A program made the translations under genes and the position numbers. The notes beneath the pieces are model-generated. The model did no database searches. It was given only the letters and a program-made list of their open reading frames with translations, and was not told the DNA's origin. DNA of 64,000 nucleotides from Octopus sinensis (taxonomy: Eukaryota): positions 7,998,001 through 8,062,000 of the forward strand of contig NC_042999.1 in the NCBI RefSeq assembly GCF_006345805.1. Direction: 5' to 3'. Positions 50,777 through 64,000 of the stretch are shown in pieces. How positions within the stretch are numbered: position 1 is the first letter of the stretch; the number at the start of each line of letters is the position of its first letter.

Positions 50777-51199
50777 CTGAAAATAAATTATAAATAAATA
50801 AAGGTGCTATGGCTACTCGAACCCTCGAGCAGTACCATTTAACTGTTCTTTATCAAAATTGATCTCTTTCTCTTTATCGTTGCAGCTGGTGTGTATGTAG
50901 TCTTTCCGTCATTTTTTTTTGTTTGTTTTTTGCTTCTTTTCTAATATTAAAACTTACATTATTTTATATAGTTTCAAATCGTCATAGCTCACGACTGGAA
51001 GTAGGGCATCATACACCGCCTCCACTCCTAATCTTTCACTGTTTGACCCGAACAATCCCCTTAATTTAGCATATCCTATCTTCTCTATTAGCATAAATTT
51101 TGTGTTTTCTGTGTATTCCTCAGCCGGCAGTTTCCCTCTAACCACCGATTTGAACTTGGTGATTTTTCGTTCAATTACCGTGCTTTTTGTGTACGTCAT

Positions 51200-51385
51200 A
51201 TATAGATCGTTTGCCGCTACACACATTTTTTTCTCTCCTTGTTTTTTTTCTGTGTCCCTTTCTGAAGAAGAGCGTAGGCTCGAAACGTAAAAGACTTTTT
51301 CTATTCCCGAGCGTTATACTAATACATCTGTTTTGTACACCACCTGTCTTCGTTTTTTGTATTTTTTCGTAAACTCTCCCCTATA
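51200..51385 (+). mobile_element. PLE terminal-repeat fragment
   Basis: Homologous to 9811-10017(-) and 61585-61710(+). Confidence 0.65.
51254..51295 (+). ncRNA. Minimal hammerhead motif with intact core
   Basis: GUC-CC-UUU-CUGAAGA-A-GAGC-GUAG-GCUC-GAAAC-GUA-AAA-GAC. Stem III is the palindrome ACGU with no loop, so a dimer is implied. Confidence 0.55.
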
Positions 51386-51896
51386 TATATATATTTAAAT
51401 AATTTTATGCAGGTACACACACACACACTGCGCACACACATGCTTATATGCACATTTACACACACACACACACACACACAAACATATATATGCGTGTGTT
51501 TTTGTGTCTGTGTTTGTCCACCCAACATTGCTTGACAACCGATGCTGGTATGTTTACGTCTCCGTAACATAGCGATTCGGCAAATAAGTACTAGGCTCAT
51601 AAAGAATAAGTATTGGGGTCGATTGTTTCGACTAAATATTCTTCAATGCAATGCCCCAGCATGGCCACTGTCAAATGACTGAAACAAATAAAAGATGTAT
51701 ATACATACATACATATATATATATATTTATATATGTATATATATTTTGTGAAATAGAAAGATGAATAATCTTGTTGCAGATTAATCAAAAGTTTAACCGA
51801 TACCTTGGTAGCAAAAATCACAGCAGAAGACAGCACGGTTGGAGGTACAACCATATGGTGTTGCAACCGTGCGTTGGTGCGGATAATTGAATTTTA

Positions 51897-52669
51897 ATAT
51901 TATTGGTGAATTGAAGAAATGGAGTTGAACGAAGATTGAACAGAAATCGTTTTATTGCATTCTACACGTGTTTCGAAAGGCACAATTTACCAAATTCCGA
52001 TTGAATAAAGAGACCATATTGTGTCTTTCTCTTCAGGAAGAAATAGGAATTCCGTTGGAAAAAACAAAAACAGAACAGAGGCGGAGCAAAACAAATCGAA
52101 CGCGGCTCCTAAGAGCCCATGGCCAAACTGTTTATCAATGTATGTTGAAAACTGGTGGTGGGTGCGTTGAAGGTTTTAACGGGTCAGGCAGCGGTCATTC
52201 CGGTGGGTGGGAGGATGGGGTGCTTAGATGTTCTTTGTGACCGAGACTAAAGTTCTGACTATTTAAAGAATATTAGGTGTATTATATGGGGCGGGACAAA
52301 ATCTACTTAGAAACATGTGTGTGTGTACTGTTCTATGTGTTCGTATGTGCGTTTGATCACGTGGCCGTCAGTTGGTAAACAGCCCTACACAATGGTCACT
52401 GCTGTAAAATCCGTCGGGTGGCAGAAAGAAATGTTTTATGTGTGCGTGTGTTCGTCTAAACCGCGTTCGATTTGTTTTGCTCCGCCTCTGTTCTGTTTTT
52501 GTTTTTTCCAACGGAATTCCTATTTCTTCCTAAAGAGAAAGACACAATATGGTCTCCTTATTCAATCGGAATTTGGTAAATTGTGCCTTTCGAAACACGT
52601 GTAGAATGCAATAAAACGATTTCTGTTCAATCTTCGTTCAACTCCATTTCTTCAATTCACCAATAATAT
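51897..52669. mobile_element. Inverted-repeat element: 209-bp arms, 355-bp spacer, hammerhead in each arm
   Basis: Arms 51897-52105 and 52461-52669; I found 2 mismatches. Confidence 0.88.
51960..52039 (-). ncRNA. Type-I hammerhead motif, canonical core
   Basis: UUC-CUGAAGA-GAAAG-A-CACAAU...AUUGUG-C-CUUUC-GAAAC-ACGU-GUA-GAA. The mirror copy at 52527-52606(+) has CUAAAGA. Confidence 0.7.
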
Positions 52670-52744
52670 ATGTATATATATATATGTATATATATATGTA
52701 TATATATATATATATATGTATAAATATATATATGTATGTATGTA

Positions 52745-53135
52745 TTCTTTTATTCCTTTATTCTTTTATTCTTTTATTTGTTTCAGTCATTTGACTGTGG
52801 CCATGCTGGAGCACCGCTTTTAGTCGAGCAAATCGACCCCGGGACTTATTCTTCGTAAGCCTAGTACTTATTCTATCGGTCTCTTTTGCCGAACCACTAA
52901 GTTACGGGGACGTAAACACACGAAAACCGGTTGTAAGCGATGTTGCGGGGGGGGACAAACAGACAGACACACACACACACACATATACACACGACGGTCT
53001 TCTTTCAGTTTCCATCTACCGAATCCACTCACAAGGCTTTGGTCGGTCCGAGGCTATAGTAGAAGTTACTTGCCCAAGGTGCCACGCAGTGGGACTGAAC
53101 ACGGAAACATGTAGTTTGTAAGCAAGCTACTTACC
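52745..53135 (-). mobile_element. SINE family B
   Basis: Full reverse copy; another at 57641-58088(-), and a 3' half at 51480-51692(+). Confidence 0.85.
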
Positions 53136-53149
53136 ACACACACACACAT

Positions 53150-53180
<31 letters not shown>

Positions 53181-54580
53181 CATATATATATACAAACATA
53201 CATACATGCATATGTATACATACACATACAAACATACATAGATACACACACACATGTATATGTATATATACACACTCATGCACATCAAACCTACTTTCTT
53301 ATATATTTAAGATATCTACACTAATTAATTTTTGTCTCATTATGGACATTTTCTCCCCAAATATTTTCGTTTCCTTCTGCCTTAAAATATTTCCGTGTTC
53401 GACGCTCATCATCTTGTTGTTTCTTTAAGTAATCTATTAGTTTCAAAATTTGTTTGGCTTTTGATAAGCTTGTTTTGCGTAGTTCTTTGCCGATGGGTTT
53501 AATTTGCGTTACCGAAACATTAAAATAATACAAGTTGCATTCAGATTTTGTATATATCTGCAGAGTGAATTCGCTGATTTAGCCCGAATTTTCTGATTAT
53601 CCGCAAGTATCAGAACCAACTTCATTTGTTGTGAATTACAACTCTTTACTTGCTTGAACATAGAGAAACCATTCTCAATGGAAACTTGCCAACGTATTCG
53701 GTTCAACGGTATGTGTTTGATATACACAACACTAATATTTATCTACAATAGCCCTCTAGAAATGGCAAAAGGTCTTCCAAGCTTTTAAGCTGATTATATA
53801 AATTTGTTCCTAATCTGGGAACTTTTGGGAAGATAGTTTGATGCCATTAGGCACACCACGAATAAATATAAATGTATATACAAATTATTTGTAATTTGTC
53901 TCTTAAAGTGGCATTGATTGGTAGAAAGAGAGAAGAGCCGAACTAAATGTCTTTCAGTATAAGATTCGTGACTCTGTTGTAAAGTTTAGATGTCACCTGA
54001 ATCGACTTTACTTCCCTCTTTCTCGGGTTGATAAAATATTTAATTAATAACTTCTGGAGTAGATTCAATTAACTACACTTCGTTCTTACAAATTTGTGGC
54101 CTCGCGCCAAAGTAGCAAACCATTATAAAGCGTCTTTTGCTAATCCTTCTACGACATTAAGTGCAACGGATAATGTGATCAGTGATTATCTTTCCATTCT
54201 GAAGCGCTTATCAGGTGATAGAAAAATCTCCCCCCCCCCTCCATCCTATGACCCGGGTGCTGGTAGTATCGAGAAAACATTTCTGGTTAATATGATAACT
54301 ATTTCCCTGTGTGTGAAATGAGGCACGTAGAATTAAGTATTCTGGCCAGAAATGCAACAATAGCCGCTGATATAATCCCAAAGCCTGAAGCCTGATGAGA
54401 GTGTAATATCTTATCCCCTCATCTATTTCGTTTCTTAGATATAAATACGGAACAATCAAATGAACTTCAATACAACCGAAATGATATACAAAGTCTCTCC
54501 AAAGGAGATCGAGATTTTCAAACAGCACACCATAAGGTCGACGCAGCGTGTTTGCGACAGCAGTGTTGTGTAAAAGGGAA

Positions 54581-54810
54581 GGCGGCGAGCTGGTAGAATC
54601 GTTAGCACGTCAGGCGAAATGCTTAGCAGCATTTCGTCTGCCTTACGTTCTGAGTTCAAATTCCGCCGAGGTCGACTTTGCCTTTCACCCTTTCGGGGTC
54701 GATAAATTAAGTACCAGTTACGCACTGGGGTCGATGTAATCGACTTAATACCTTTGTCTGTCCTTGTTTGTCCCCTCTATGTTTAGCCCCTTGTGCGCAA
54801 TAAAGAAATA
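54581..54810 (+). mobile_element. Young SINE family A with 18-bp TSD
   Basis: AGTGTTGTGTA(A/T)AAGGGA at 54562-54579 and 54811-54828. Confidence 0.92.
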
Positions 54811-54949
54811 AGTGTTGTGTATAAGGGACATTGATCTCCATTCTAATAATAGTCACGTGATGGCATGTCACTTAAATGTTATCTACACGTGCTAGAGTGA
54901 ACGTATGTTTAGTGCACTTGGTGATTTGTGACAAAAAAGGATTTGGAAG

Positions 54950-55790
54950 AGTAAGGCTTTGTTTGTGTGAAAACTGGGAGGTTCCAGCGACTCAAATCAT
55001 AAAGAACATCCACTGGAGATGACCCCAAATCTGGATGCTTTTCCCTTAAGGAAGACAACGATCGCAATGCCAAAGGGCGTGCAGTAGTCCATGAAAATCG
55101 TTTCTTGATTATCCGTGAAGCGTGTCAGGCGTAGGCTTCCGTAAACGTTCTTGTCACAGTTTTAAAATGAAAATGAAGATGTGTTATGCTGCCGCAAGAT
55201 TTGTGCCTCGTCTCTTTGACAGATGAGCGACAAGAGAACGAGTCACAGCCAGTCGGTGTTCAAATGTCGATGAAGATATTTTGAAAAGTGTCGCGCTCAT
55301 TGACGAAACACAAAAGAGCAGTCGTCGCGTTATATCAAAGCACCGTTGCTATGATACACAGACGCAGTTTGAATCGCTCAATCATGAAAGACAGAGATCA
55401 GTGATTACCATCTTCGATTGGAAGGGTGGTGTATATCGGTCGTTTCTTCTGCGTAGTTACACGATCAACTAAGTGTTGAGGTAAAGCGAAGGAAGGGGCC
55501 CGAAACCTCGGCCCAAACCCTCAGATGCTCTAACCCGACATCGTGCCTACTCACACATCACTTCTCATCAGTAACCTTTTGGCAAAGCACGGGACCACTC
55601 TTGCCTCTCAGCCACCCTATTCTTAGGATTTGGCCACTGTACACATTTTTATTTCCCAAATTGAAATCTTTCTCAGGAACTGCCCACTGTTCTTTGAAAA
55701 CGCATTCTAAGGTGTTTTCTTAAAGAAAGATGTTGGGAGCGATTTATCGAGAGTAAAGAGAATAGAGGTGACAGAAACAAATGTTCGTTT
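54950..55790 (+). pseudogene. Degenerate mariner transposase (irritans-like)
   Basis: Across frames: LEDDPKSG, AVVHENR, AARFVPRL, DILKSV, TIFDWKG, LLAKHGTT..QPPYS*DLA..LFPKLK, CWERFI. Confidence 0.75.
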
Positions 55791-55976
55791 TGTTCTTTAA
55801 AATGCTTTTTTCTTTTTGGGGCGCATTTTGTAATATTTTGAGACGGAAATATATTTATAAATGTTGCCGGATATAAGAAACCGAAAGAGTAATAATAACA
55901 ACTCGTTCGGAAAATATGTCTTTTATATTTATGCAAAAATCTTTCTTAACACATTCAACATATTCTGTCATTTAAT

Positions 55977-56208
55977 AAGGCATCGAGCTGGCAGAAACGT
56001 TAGCACACCCGGCGACATGCTTAGCGGTATTTCGCCTGCAGCTACGTTGTGAGTTCAAATTCCGCCGAGGTCGACTTTGCATTTCATCCTTTCGGGATCG
56101 ATAAATTAAGAACCAGTTACGCACTGGGGTCGATGTAATCGACTTAATCCGTTTGTCTGTCCTTGTTTGTCCCCTCTGTGCTTAGCCCCTTGTGGGTAGA
56201 AAAGAAAT
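55977..56208 (+). mobile_element. Young SINE family A with 17-bp TSD
   Basis: ATATTCTGTCATTTAAT at 55960-55976 and 56209-56225. Confidence 0.92.
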
Positions 56209-56322
56209 ATATTCTGTCATTTAATGTTGATTAACAAGGCAGCGAGCTGGCAGAAACGTTAACCTTGAGTAGAAAAGAAATCCCCAGTCGAACAGATATG
56301 ATCTTAACGATACTCATAAATT

Positions 56323-56703
56323 GGAGGCGCAATGGCCCAGTTGTTAGGGCAGCGGACTCGCGGTCGTAGGATCGCGATTTCGATTCCCAGACCGGGCGTT
56401 GTGAGTGTTTATTGAGCGAAATCACCTAAAGCTCCCCGAGGCTCCGGCAGGGATGGTGGTGATCCCTGCTGAACTCTTTCACCACAACTTTCTCTCACTC
56501 TTACTTCCTGTTTCTGTTGTACCTGTATTTCAAAGGGCCGGCCTTGTCACTCTCTGTGTCACGCTGAATATCCCCGAGAACTACGTTAAGGGTGCACGTG
56601 TCTGTGGAGTGCTCAGCCACTTGCACGTTAATTTCACGAGCAAGCTGTTCCGTTGATCGGATCAACCGGAACCCTCGTCGTCGTAACCGACGGAGTGCTT
56701 CCA
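56323..56703 (+). mobile_element. SINE family D, full length
   Basis: Near-identical to 16822-17191 with a longer tRNA-like head. Confidence 0.88.
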
Positions 56704-57868
56704 TCTACTCATGAATTGCCCAGTGTCCTTTGTAAGACTGTTGGGTATGATTTTAGGCAGATTTAGTCGCTCTCTCTTGTAGGTCGAGCGGCTACGTCGC
56801 AGTTTCAATGTTTGGTTTAATTAAAGTAGATTAGAAAAACTAATAAATTAAGTTTTGCGGTGAGGAGAATATAATAATGCTGAATGACTAATGTTATCTT
56901 AAACGGATACGAAAATAAACCAGAGCACATTGCGACGTTTCTGGTTTAATTAATGCTTCCTTCTTCTCGACTTCTTTTAATTTTACTGTTATTTTTCGTG
57001 CAGATGATCTCTCTGAGTAATTTACCCTCCGTCGTTAACTTACAAGACCGACTGTCAAATAATTTAGCAGAAACAGTCTCGTAACGCCGTTCCTCTGATT
57101 TTGGGTTAAAACTTCTCAAGAAATTAATCTTATGAGGTTCAATAAAAAAAAAAAGCAAGCAAATAATAGAAAATAAGAAGGAATTAATAAAAGTGACTTA
57201 ACCAACCCCAAAATATCCTTTTCTGCTTAGGCACAAGGCCCGTAATTTGGGGGGAGTGGGTCAGTCGATTACAACGACCCCAGTACGAAAATGGTACTTA
57301 ATTTATCGATTCCGAAAGGATGAAAGGCAAAGTCGACCTCGGTGGAGTTTGAACTCAGAAAGTAACGGCAGACAAAATATCGCTAAGAATTTCGCCCGTC
57401 GTGCTAACGCTTCTGCCAGCTCGCCACCTTCCAACCAAAGAATAATACTATTAAACTAGTGATGCGAATATTGCCATACTAAAGATCGTGTAGTATTTAG
57501 CTTAGTTCCTGTACTCTCTGAGTTCAAATACAAACAAAGTCAACTTCGCCTTTTATTCCTTGGTAGCTTGATAAAATAAACATCAATTCTGTAACACACA
57601 CGATTCGATCGACTGTATGTGTCACACAATAGCTGGGCCTTACTCTTTTACTCTTTTACTTGTTTCAGTCATTTGACTGCGGCCATGCTGGAGCACCGCC
57701 TTTAGTCGAGCAAATCGACCCCGGGACTTATTATTGTAAGCCCAGTACTTATTCTATCGGTCTCTTTTGCCGAACCGCTATGTGACGGGGACGTAAACAC
57801 ACCAGCATCGGTTGTCAAGCAATGCTAGGGGGACAACACAGACACACAAACTATACACACACATGCAT

Positions 57869-57902
<34 letters not shown>

Positions 57903-57903
57903 A

Positions 57904-57941
<38 letters not shown>

Positions 57942-58089
57942 GACAGGATTCTTTCAGTTTCCGTCTACCAAATCCACTCACAAGGCATTGGTCGGCCCGA
58001 GGCTATAGCAGAAGACACTTGCCCAAGATGCCACGTAGTGGGACTGAACCCGGAACCAAGCTACTAACCACACAGCCACTCCTGCGCCT

Positions 58090-58130
<41 letters not shown>

Positions 58131-58513
58131 TCAATACTAGTCCATTGTTGTCCTTTTACACAATCGCTTAACTTTCAATCAGTTGCCGTGATAATTCTGA
58201 GAAAATGCTTTAAAAGTTTGTGATAATACTCCATGTTTAAACTATTATCATTTTTCAATTATCTTCAGTTTTCAAGAATCTACAATGAAATGTCTGCTAA
58301 AAATCAAAAGAAATGTCGGCTACATTTTTCCTGACATTCTTCTGACGTCTTTCCTCTTTATCTGGTCAATCTTTTTGCCATTTCACATTGATTTCTTTCA
58401 GTAAAGTTTCTTTGGATTCGTCTGAGAGCGTCTGAAAGTAAGAAGAATCTATAATTTTTTTAGTTACCATTGTGCAATTTTAATCACATTTTTACTCATC
58501 TCTCCCACTCACG

Positions 58514-58660
<147 letters not shown>

Positions 58661-59249
58661 TCCATCCTCTTTTTCAGTTCTCCATCTTTATTCGTTACTA
58701 TCTCACAATCTCTATTTATGTCTCATTCAATATCTATCTAAACACACACACATATGCAATATAAAGACAATAGGTATTAAAAATCACAACAAAATTTGAC
58801 AGTGTTAGCATTAGTTTAACACTTCAATTATAAGCGAGAGTGTCTTAACGTTTCAGGCGTTAGAACTTCACCAGAAGAAAAGAAAGTAGGAAAAAGAAAT
58901 AGTGAAAAAAAACAAACAAGAGACGAAGATTTGAAAATCTATAGGGAATGCTATCTTGTGGTGTGAATTGAGAATCGAGGAAAGGACAGGTGTGTAAATG
59001 CAAGTATTATTTCCGCTTTTGTAGCGAAATATTACTTTCGTAGGATCGATTTTATCGACTACGTCCCTTATCTGAAAATAGTTGAATGGAAAAACTATTC
59101 TCACCATTTTATGTTTTAGTATTTATCAATTCTTTTCCATGTTTAAAAGATGTTTAATGTCACTAAGGTTAAAGATATGATCAAGCAACTACGTTTACAC
59201 CTTCATAGAACATAAGCTTTATTACAGCGATTCATTGACTCTACATTAA

Positions 59250-59480
59250 GACGGCGAGCTGGCAGAACCGTTAGCACGCCGGGCGAAATGCGTAGCCGTA
59301 TTTCGTCTGCCGTTACGTTCTGAGTTCAAATTCCGCCGAGGTCGACTTTGCCTTTCATCCTTTCGGGGTTGGTTAAATAAGTACCAGTTACGCACTGGGG
59401 TCGATGTAATCGACTTAATCCGTTTGTCTGTCCTTGTTTGTCCCCTCTATGTTTAGGCCCTTGTGGGCAGTAAAGAAAGA
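59250..59480 (+). mobile_element. SINE family A, CpGs intact
   Basis: Full-length match to the family. Confidence 0.9.
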
Positions 59481-59899
59481 AATATTCCATCACGTAGACA
59501 ATGATAGACACTCCAATACAAGGCGTAGCTATTCCGGTTCCCAGAGAATTGCCATCCTTTGCGAAGAAACTGCAGCAGTCACGGTGTTTCGTTGTCACGG
59601 GCGGGTGCCTTTCCTCAGTCATCAGAACGAAATGTTTGACGTTCGATCTGTGATGATCGAGTTTCGGCTTAAACTTGAAAACAGGGGGAAAAATTACCAA
59701 CTCGTCAAATTCTATACGTACAAATATTGGTGTAACATTAGGAACACTCTCTGTATGTCTGAGACTGTTGGACTAGCAACAAGCAAAAAATGGTAAGATA
59801 ACCAGAGATTAGAAAAACCTCAAGTTACAAGTGGAAATAAACGCTCTCCTGGGTGCATTTTCGTAAATATATAAATGCACACACACACACAGACACACA

Positions 59900-59952
<53 letters not shown>

Positions 59953-61311
59953 ATTTAGATGGGCATCGACGTTCTTGTATTCATCCACACTTTCACGGCT
60001 TCTTTTTTATCTCATAGGGTGAGGGGAAAAATCTTCCTTATCTCCTAAACAGTAAAACTGGTGTTGTTTTGGTTTTGTCCTTGATGGTACAACTGTGCAT
60101 ATGTTGTACTGGTTGATATGTTTATCTGTAGACAGTCTTTGGTTATCAGATCTTTGGTCACACACCCTCACCTCCCCACATACATTCCTATATGCTGTTG
60201 TTGGATCTGAAGAAAGAAGATGCTTCAAAATGCAGTCATGTATATTTTATGATTATAAGCATGTTACAACCTACTTTAAAACTGCACCACTCCAAAGATA
60301 AGAAAATAAAAGGAATTTGTAAATAGATAGGAAAAAAATTGATAAAACTATCTCCTTCGCTTATTCCATTGGTTACAAATGAGATAAGTTAACTTTTAAC
60401 TTAGATTTGTATGATATTTGTTTACCACTTGTAACGAGTGTGTCTGATGTGAGAAAACAGCGAATGCTTTGAGAGAAAAACAAGATAGAGAGAAAATACA
60501 GGGCTGAGTCTTTCAAGCAGAAGTGTTTTTTGTGTTTTTTGATATGATACATGACTGAACATACTGCGAATTAGAAAAAAAATTAGAAAAAAGAAAAACC
60601 AGAAAAGAAATAAAAACGAATGAGAATTCGAAGCAAATATAAGAATTACGACAATGAGAGAGAAAAAAATTATGCAAAAGAAGAAAAAGTGGAAAAAAGG
60701 TGTTAGCAAAAAGGTAAAAAAAAAAATCGTTTGAATGACATGCGGGTCTGTAGTATAGAAGCTGATAGTAACATGAAGTGATGTGAATATAATGGCGACA
60801 ATACGCACATGATAACATAAAATAAATTTAAAACAGAAGTCTTGATTTTCGTTTTTTTTTTATTTATTTTATTCCAGCGAACTTTTTATGAAGCTAAAGC
60901 ATCAGAGTTTTCTTTAGTAAAAAAAAACAACAAACAATAATAAGAAGAAAAAAAGAGATCGAAGATTGTCATGTTTTGCATGACTTAAAACTATTTGTAA
61001 CTGAATGAGTCCATTCAAATATGTTGGTGATAGTGAATGCGTAACCGTGGGTAGACGCTTCCTCCTATTCCACACACACGTGCATGCGTATGTGTGTATG
61101 TATACACGTATATATATACATATATATACACACACATATATAAATGTATATATATATATATATATGTGTGTGTATATATTTGTGTATATCTATATATATA
61201 TGTGTATATATACATATACATAATGGCACGTCATACATTTATATACATACACACACACACACATATATATATATACACATACATATATGTATATGATATA
61301 TATATATATTA

Positions 61312-61361
<50 letters not shown>

Positions 61362-61584
61362 GTAGGTATATATATATATATATATTATATATGTATATAT
61401 ATATGTATGTGTGTGTGTGCATATATCTATGTAAGTCCATTAGTGCGGCATGTGGTGTTTTTCTTTTGAAAACCCATGGTGGAATGTGTATATGCCTATA
61501 TACATACATATGTAAACTACACATATTTTGTGTGTTTGTATATATATATATATATAGGATCCCTCTATCCGGCATTCGTCATGA

Positions 61585-61710
61585 TAGATCGTTTTCTATT
61601 TTCTCTCCCTGTTTATTTCTGTGTTCCTTTCTGTTGAAGAGCGTAGGCTCGAAACGTAAAAGACTTTCTCACTTCCCGCGCGTTAAACTAATACACCTGT
61701 TTTGTATTAT
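61585..61710 (+). mobile_element. PLE terminal-repeat fragment with mutated hammerhead core
   Basis: 61628-61664: UUU-CUGUUGA-A-GAGC-GUAG-GCUC-GAAAC-GUA-AAAGAC. Confidence 0.6.
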
Positions 61711-61802
61711 TTATTAAATTTTTTTTTAATTCTCAGTATGTATACGTATATGAATATATATATATATATATATATAATATATATATCTATATTATATATA
61801 AT

Positions 61803-61836
<34 letters not shown>

Positions 61837-61843
61837 ATATGTA

Positions 61844-61892
<49 letters not shown>

Positions 61893-61974
61893 TTTGATAA
61901 TTTGATAGGTTTCGGCCAGTATTGTCTCAGGCCATATCTAACCTAATAGCATCACCTGGCAAAGGATTTCAAAT

Positions 61975-62353
61975 CAGGAATTTGTCAACATGGCCCACTC
62001 GAGGAAAGAGTTATTGTTTATGAAGACATATCTAGGTGTAGGAGGTTTATCAGGGATTTTTTGAAGGAATTTGCTCACAGACTTCTTGAACTTTATGGGG
62101 TCTGTTTCTGCTTTAATGTGTTTTGGTGTAATGTTAAAGAGAACGGGACCAACTGAGGTGGAATAATCGTGCCGTATTGTTGTTCTGTGATGCAAGTATG
62201 ATTTATGTTGTGAGCAGATAACACGGGGTTTATCTTAAAGGCGATGCCAACATCATTTGGGCAATGCTGATGGAATACTTTCCACATCATGCAGATGATG
62301 TAACGCTCTCCGCAGCACTGGAGAGAATAAAGCTTTAGCTTTCTAGTCGACTC
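61975..62353 (-). pseudogene. CR1-like LINE 3' fragment
   Basis: KLKLYSLQ..ERYIICMMWK; GPVLFNITPKHIK..FKKSVSKFLQKIPDKPPTP..NNSFLEWA, in two frames. Confidence 0.75.
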
Positions 62354-62354
62354 C

Positions 62355-62408
<54 letters not shown>

Positions 62409-62437
62409 ATATTTATCTATCTATCTATCTATCTATC

Positions 62438-62472
<35 letters not shown>

Positions 62473-62482
62473 ATCTATCTCT

Positions 62483-63310
62483 GGCAAGGGCTTTGAAATA
62501 AAACCAAGAAGAATTCCAGACAACCCAGCTGAGTACTTGACAGACACTGACTTTGCTGACGACATCGCTCTTATCAGTGATTCTCTCTCCAATGCCCAGT
62601 CTCTTTTACAATCTCTTGAACAAGCCTCAAATTGTGTAGGTCTTTACCTCAATGAGACCAAAACTGAATACATAAACAAGTGCCTGTCCAACAGTGATTG
62701 CATCATCCACACTCTCAACAGTGCACCTTTAAATATGGTTTCTGATTATAAATATCTGGGGTCATACATATCATCATCTGGAAAAGACTTTCTAACTAGA
62801 GAGGGTATGGCCTGGTCAGCCTGTAATGACATGCATAAGATCTGGTCATCAATCTAAGTAGAGACTTCAAACTTGAAATCTTCAAGCCACAGTCGAACCA
62901 ATTCTACTATATGGCTCAGAAACCTGGACGTTTCAAAGAAGCTTGAGAGGCGGTTGGATGGAACCTACACTCGCCTCCTTATGAGAGCTCAAAATCTCTC
63001 GTGGAGGCGCCATCCAACTAAATGCAAATATATGGGAAATTACCACCTGTGTCATCTCTTGTGAAAGGTAGGAGAGTCCAGTTTGCTGGACATTGTTGTA
63101 GAGCTGAAAAAGAAGTAATTTCTTACTCTTCTCCTCTGGAAGCCATCTCCGCAACACCAGAGGGCGCACACTCTCCTACCCTGATGTAATCTCCAGGGAT
63201 ACAGGCATCCAGCAACAGGACCTCCGTAATGCTATGATGGACCGTGAAGTCTGGCGCAACATGGTAAATTCCATTGTCTCGACCACGGTCGAACAATGAT
63301 GATGATGATG
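62483..63310 (+). mobile_element. 5'-truncated RTE-clade LINE with (TGA)n tail, frameshifted
   Basis: LTDTDFADDIALI, VGLYLNETKTEY, YKYLGSYI, ILLYGSETW, RRVQFAGHC; ends GAACAA(TGA)n. Confidence 0.88.
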
Positions 63311-63340
63311 ATCTATCTATCTGTCTATCTATCTATATAT

Positions 63341-63412
<72 letters not shown>

Positions 63413-63774
63413 ATATATATTTGTAATTTATATACATGTATATACGTAGATTATGATATACACATTATATTGCATAAATATATACGTATATGTATGCATA
63501 TATATGTAAACGTGTGCATATTTGTATATATACATATACATATATATACTCGTATATGTAATATATATATTATACTTATATATATTATATAGATACATGT
63601 ATATACATTATATATATGTTTGTATACCTACATACATACTTAAATACACACACCCACATATATAACCACGCGTGTCATACTATCTATGTAGCATATGTAG
63701 TGATGTTCACCTTGAGGGTGCCTGTTATCTATTATATTGTTCATAGCATTCTTCTTTTTTCTTCTTCCGACAAT

Positions 63775-63779
63775 AATAC

Positions 63780-63817
<38 letters not shown>

Positions 63818-63832
63818 TAATAATAAATAATA

Positions 63833-63887
<55 letters not shown>

Positions 63888-63888
63888 T
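63775..63888. repeat. (AAT)n microsatellite
   Basis: Directly visible. Confidence 0.95.
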
Positions 63889-64000
63889 TTTTTTTTAAAT
63901 GAACGAACTAGTGAGTTTAGTTTAATGGCCTACCAATGTATACTATGAGTTTCTCTGCCCAAGGAGTCGGGAAGACACTCGGCAAAAAATGGAAGCAAAT

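Noticed and set aside
53321-54528. 70-105-aa minus-strand ORFs in unique DNA
   Set aside because: No recognisable domain or consistent splice pair; may deserve a BLAST but not a call.
59500-60230. Possible minus-strand exons (acceptor near 59680; 35-nt mini-exon near 60173-60207)
   Set aside because: Splice-like signals only; peptides unrecognised.

Overview
AT-rich, microsatellite-saturated animal genomic DNA. The SINE families and the GC-rich expanded 18S fragment point to an octopus (coleoid cephalopod); this is an inference, not a database match. I cannot confidently call any host protein-coding gene. Most ORFs in the track are microsatellite or antisense artefacts. The window holds: more than 30 tRNA-derived SINE copies of about five families; two decayed mariner transposases; LINE fragments (R4/Dong-like, RTE, CR1-like, probable Tx1/L1); a probable non-autonomous Helitron; a dispersed 18S rRNA pseudogene; a 777-bp tandem duplication; and minisatellites. 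The most striking unexplained signal is a set of about 14 minimal type-I hammerhead-ribozyme-like motifs (stem I - CUGANGA - stem II - GAAAC - GUH - stem I') from about six unrelated sequence families. Many sit in the arms of long inverted repeats typical of Penelope-like element (PLE) termini. One structure (23.8-25.9 kb) has copied 250 bp of its own flank between two tandem hammerheads. Another appears to join a tRNA-type Pol III head to a hammerhead-bearing tail. A CpG-depleted domain (about 1.7-39 kb) next to a CpG-normal domain suggests the left part is inside a methylated, unseen gene body. All ribozyme calls are hand-folded and untested. SINE and LINE boundaries are approximate.
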